NCBI GenBank assembly: GCA_002269645.1
Contig: NIVC01002153.1
Span: 124,001-188,000 of the forward strand
Reading direction: 5' to 3'
DNA from: Macrostomum lignano
Lineage: Eukaryota
DNA: 64,000 nt
Under the pieces are notes generated by a model. That model made no database searches. It was not told the origin of the DNA and worked only from the letters and a program-made list of their open reading frames with translations. The first letter of the stretch is position 1; every line of letters begins with the position of its first letter. Made by a program: the position numbers and the translations under genes. Positions 60,286 to 64,000 of this stretch are shown one piece after another.

Positions 60286-63200
60286 CTGCACATTTTTCAG
60301 TTTTGTTGTTGTTATCTTGCCATTTGTCAAATACAACCTTTAGACTCTGGCAGTTTGTACCCCCGTTTCCCTGCTACCCCATCAATGTAGAGCTAGAACC
60401 TGCTATGGCCAGTGAGAATTGAGGAAGGCACAAGGGCCAGCAAAATAAAACAGTACGACAGTACTTCCCAAATGGGAAACAAGTGTTCTTTCATTGAAGA
60501 CATGGTCAAAAAACCTGCCTCTGTTCTGAGTTCCGAGTTCTAGATCTATATAATTATAAACTGTTTTATTATTAATATATTTAGACTACTCTATCATTTC
60601 TGTATTATTCCTAAATTTCTGAGTCTTAAGTACTGCCCTGTACTTTACAGTTCAAACATTAAGAAATTTTGGTCTTATGAAGCCTCCACCGAGAAGACGA
60701 ATGTATAATAGCTTCATTACATATACAAAATGTACGAGTATCTGCCTTTACTTAACTGAGAATAATTATTGACGTCACTGTTATGGAACATAAAACCTAC
60801 CACTTGGTATCTGTGCCCAGTTGGCAATGGAACTCTACTATAATAAGAAAGTAGATGACATATGCTCGTATTTAGCGACTGTAAAGTTTCGCGTAGACAA
60901 CATTTAGCAATTGTGAAAGTAGATAACATTTAGCAGTTGTGAAAGTAGATGACATTTAGCAGTTGTGAAAGTAGATGGCATTTAGCGGTTTTAAAGTTTT
61001 GCGGTTGTGAAGTTTTGCGTTTGTGAAAGTGACTGCAAAAAATAGCGGTTGTGAAGTTTCGCATTTGTGAAATTTAGTGCTTATGAAAGTAGGTGATTTA
61101 GCAGTTGTGAAGTTTCGCGTTTATGAAAGTAGGTGATTTAGTGGTTATGAAATTTTGCATTTGTGAAAGCAACCCAGGTAAAGACCTTAGGGGCCATGAA
61201 GTAATGGGGGGGGGGTGACCTGTGGCCTGTGGTCTTGGACTGAAAACCTCATCTCGCTCTTAAGTGGAAAAAGGTTGCCAACCCCTAAATTTACAAGGAC
61301 ACTATATTTGATTCTATATAGGCCCCCTAAAATGATTTTTTCTACTAATTATCTATAGATATATTTTTTGTTTACCAGCCTCTACTAACTGTCTAGATAT
61401 ATTTTTGATCAATATATATACACTTTCTACAATTCTACATAGTTTCCATTCATACTAGAGTAGCCTAATATCATGTGTAATTTGAGAGATAAGAATTGGG
61501 TATATATGAAATCTACATTCTACAATACTGTTTAATAGGGTAGAAGAGTGGCTCTATATTTTGGTAAAGGCAGCCCTTCTGACACCCCCTACCCCTAGTT
61601 GCACTATAAAAATCAGTGTATATATGAATATACATTTTGTGTAGGCAAGTATAAACTAGGTTTTTGGTTTCTTTTTTATATTAATCAAATAAAATCAATC
61701 AATTAGCGTAGATAGACTAGCAACAATTCAGAATTAAGCTAGGCTATATATATTGATATATATCTATTTATTTATTGCAATTAGCATCAACTATATCTAT
61801 TTTTATAATAACAAAGTTTGGCATTCTTCTCAAATTGTTCATTTAACTATTTTTTAGTGTTTTTCATATTTTCTCTACTTTAGAAGCTGATTTTAGCATG
61901 TTTGTATATACCTCAAGCTATTAAAATAGTACAATTAACAACTTTGTTTTTTAAGCACTTTTTCCATCTTTAGCAATTCTTAATGATTCCTAACAATTTG
62001 AGGGCAGCCTCCTGGCATGGTGTTATAGACTTAATGGTTGGTTAATGGTCTTAGCAAGAACTAATTAGTAGCAAGAAAAGAAGTCTGAGTGCTTAGACTT
62101 CCTTTTCCTCTAACCAACTCATCCCTTTGGACCATATATATTCCCAACAAGCATAAGCATACATGCGCAACAGTTGGCCGAGTCGGCCGATCCGGCCGAC
62201 CGATTTGGCGGCCAACCAAGGAAGTCGCAAAAATGCCCACCCGGCTTAATAAGACAGTCATAGTTACTCCTGCCGTTTACCCAAAGTTGCGTTAATTTTG
62301 CTTTAGGGTTTTTTTACATGTAAGTCACATTTTTGGCCAAAAACTACATCGCATTTTTGTTAAAACTAAGTCGCATGGCCGACCAAATTTCAGAGGTTGC
62401 GCATGTATGAGCATAAGTGCCATATTAGACAACATGTGTTAGATTTGTATTTTCTGTTTTGCAATATTTTCTGTTTTGCAATTCAGCCTCGTACTTTTCA
62501 GTTAGCCAACTCTTTTCATCTACTATGCTCTTCCCATAGACAATCTGAGCCAATAATTTACTATAGATATTTAAGCTAACCTGTTTGCTATGTTAGTATA
62601 AATATAAGTTTAACTTGTGGCCTAGGCTTTTCACTTCTTTTTTGCCCCACTCTAGGGAGTCTAGTCTAAAGATGGAAAAAGTTGTCAAAAAAAATTAATT
62701 TTACTGTTTTAATAGCTTAGGGGATGTCCAAACATGCTAAACTCAGCTTCTAAAGTGGAGAAAATATAAAACATTGAAAAAATAGTTTAATAAATGATTT
62801 GAGAAGAATGCCTAAAGTTTAGAAATGTCCCAAGATGAAATTTTTGTATGAAATCCTAGACACATTTTATGCACGCTGACAAAAACGTGTACACACATTT
62901 CTGGCTAACTTGCATAACTTTAAAAGGTTTACATGTGCACGGCTGATAACTTATTATTCTAAGAAATCTTACAAAACTTCATTTAAAATTTTAAATATTG
63001 CACTTGTTGTTGAAAAAACAAAGTTATTATATATCTAAAAATTACATTAAAAGTACATTAGCCTCTGCAAACTACATTAAACTCAAAAGAGAATTATAAA
63101 GTTTATTTTTAAAGATTTATTTAAACTTTAACAAAACATTATAAAAAAGTTGCTTAAAAATTATTGTGCCAAAAAACTTGCATGGTTTTGGGTAAAAAAC

Positions 63201-64000
63201 TTGCATGAAAAAAATGCGCATAACTTTTTGTTTCAAAATTGTTATGCAAAGATTCTATCCTATGTAATGACTATCAAAAGCTGTGGATTATGATAGATAT
63301 AAATTATGGTAGCATAATAGGACTTATCATAGGCCTATTGGCATTAGTCAAAAGGAATATGGGTTAATAGGGCCCATACAAAAATGAGTTTTTATTGTAT
63401 AATAGGCCTATACTTTTAGATTAGGGCTTATATACTACAAACTATAGATATGTTACATTAGATATTTATATTCTGTAATCATATACAGGTGAGCTTTAGC
63501 TTGAATGTATTATCATATATGTCTAGCCCTAGCTGTCCCCTGGCTGAAGCTTTAGATAAACTTAGTAAGCTCTCTTCCCTAGTAGTGCATACCATGTATA
63601 TATAGTAGGCCTACATAGTACTAAAAACTAGGCCCTAGATCTAGACCACCTAAGACATTGTTGTTGCATTTGAGAATTTTTCCAAAAGAACTGTATCTTT
63701 GTAAGTATAAGTCATAGAGTTGTTGACGTTCCTGGACACTTTGTCATTGAATAGGCCTAGGGACTAGTACGGCCTAACGTCTAACGAATTGGCCATGAAA
63801 ATAATGGCAGGAGAAACAAGGATAAAGGCAAGACTAGGCCTACCAATCGTTAAAGTTATAGAGCCTAGTTTCTGCCGAAGAGCAGGAGTTAGAGTAGGCC
63901 TACAAGTACAACTACAACTAGAAGTATAGATAGGCTGATGATAGGCATTTGCTTGTCTCTTCTCGAATTTTTTATTCTTCTTGAACCCCGCTTCAATCAG

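Larger units (their letters stand above)
56603..61175 (+). mobile_element. Mutator-like (MULE) DNA transposon, ~4.57 kb, with long repeat-built inverted arms
   Basis: Left end GGGTGGGTTTCACAAACGCAAAATTTCATAACCGCTAA matches the reverse complement of the right end (GGGTTGCTTTCACAAATGCAAAATTTCATAACCACTAA). Arms ~56603-57100 and ~60900-61175 carry 26-bp TTTCACAACCGCTAAATGTCATCTAC units in opposite orientation. Flanks AGAGTAAAG / AGGTAAAG look like a degenerate 8-9-bp TSD. Confidence 0.85.

Overview
Eukaryotic (invertebrate animal) genomic DNA: spliced, GC-rich genes separated by AT-rich spacers, with many introns and UTRs filled by private mini/microsatellites. The style suggests a free-living flatworm such as Macrostomum, which is inference only. 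Most long ORFs in the track are artefacts of tandem repeats. Genes rebuilt by hand from GT/AG sites with consistent phases: a DHHC palmitoyltransferase, an orphan 2-TM protein, a secreted RFamide neuropeptide precursor, two tandem i-type lysozymes, two tandem 4-exon paralogues with a C14orf93-like C-terminal domain and a shared unnamed N-terminal motif, and a syntaxin-7/12-like Qa-SNARE. There is also an orphan terminal exon resembling a Crypton-type tyrosine recombinase. Mobile DNA: a decayed mariner, a 5'-truncated RTE-type LINE with a 9-bp TSD inserted into a minisatellite, two further LINE scraps, two MITEs and a 4.6-kb MULE with long repeat-built inverted arms. Top finding: a separate + strand transcription unit (3x CCAAT, TATA, Inr, 66-nt non-coding exon, GTAAGT donor) nested antisense in the 12-kb intron of one paralogue. 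It is followed by four paralogous miRNA-like hairpins with compensatory stem changes and downstream CNNC motifs, plus two unrelated hairpins, making a candidate microRNA cluster whose sequence I do not recognise.
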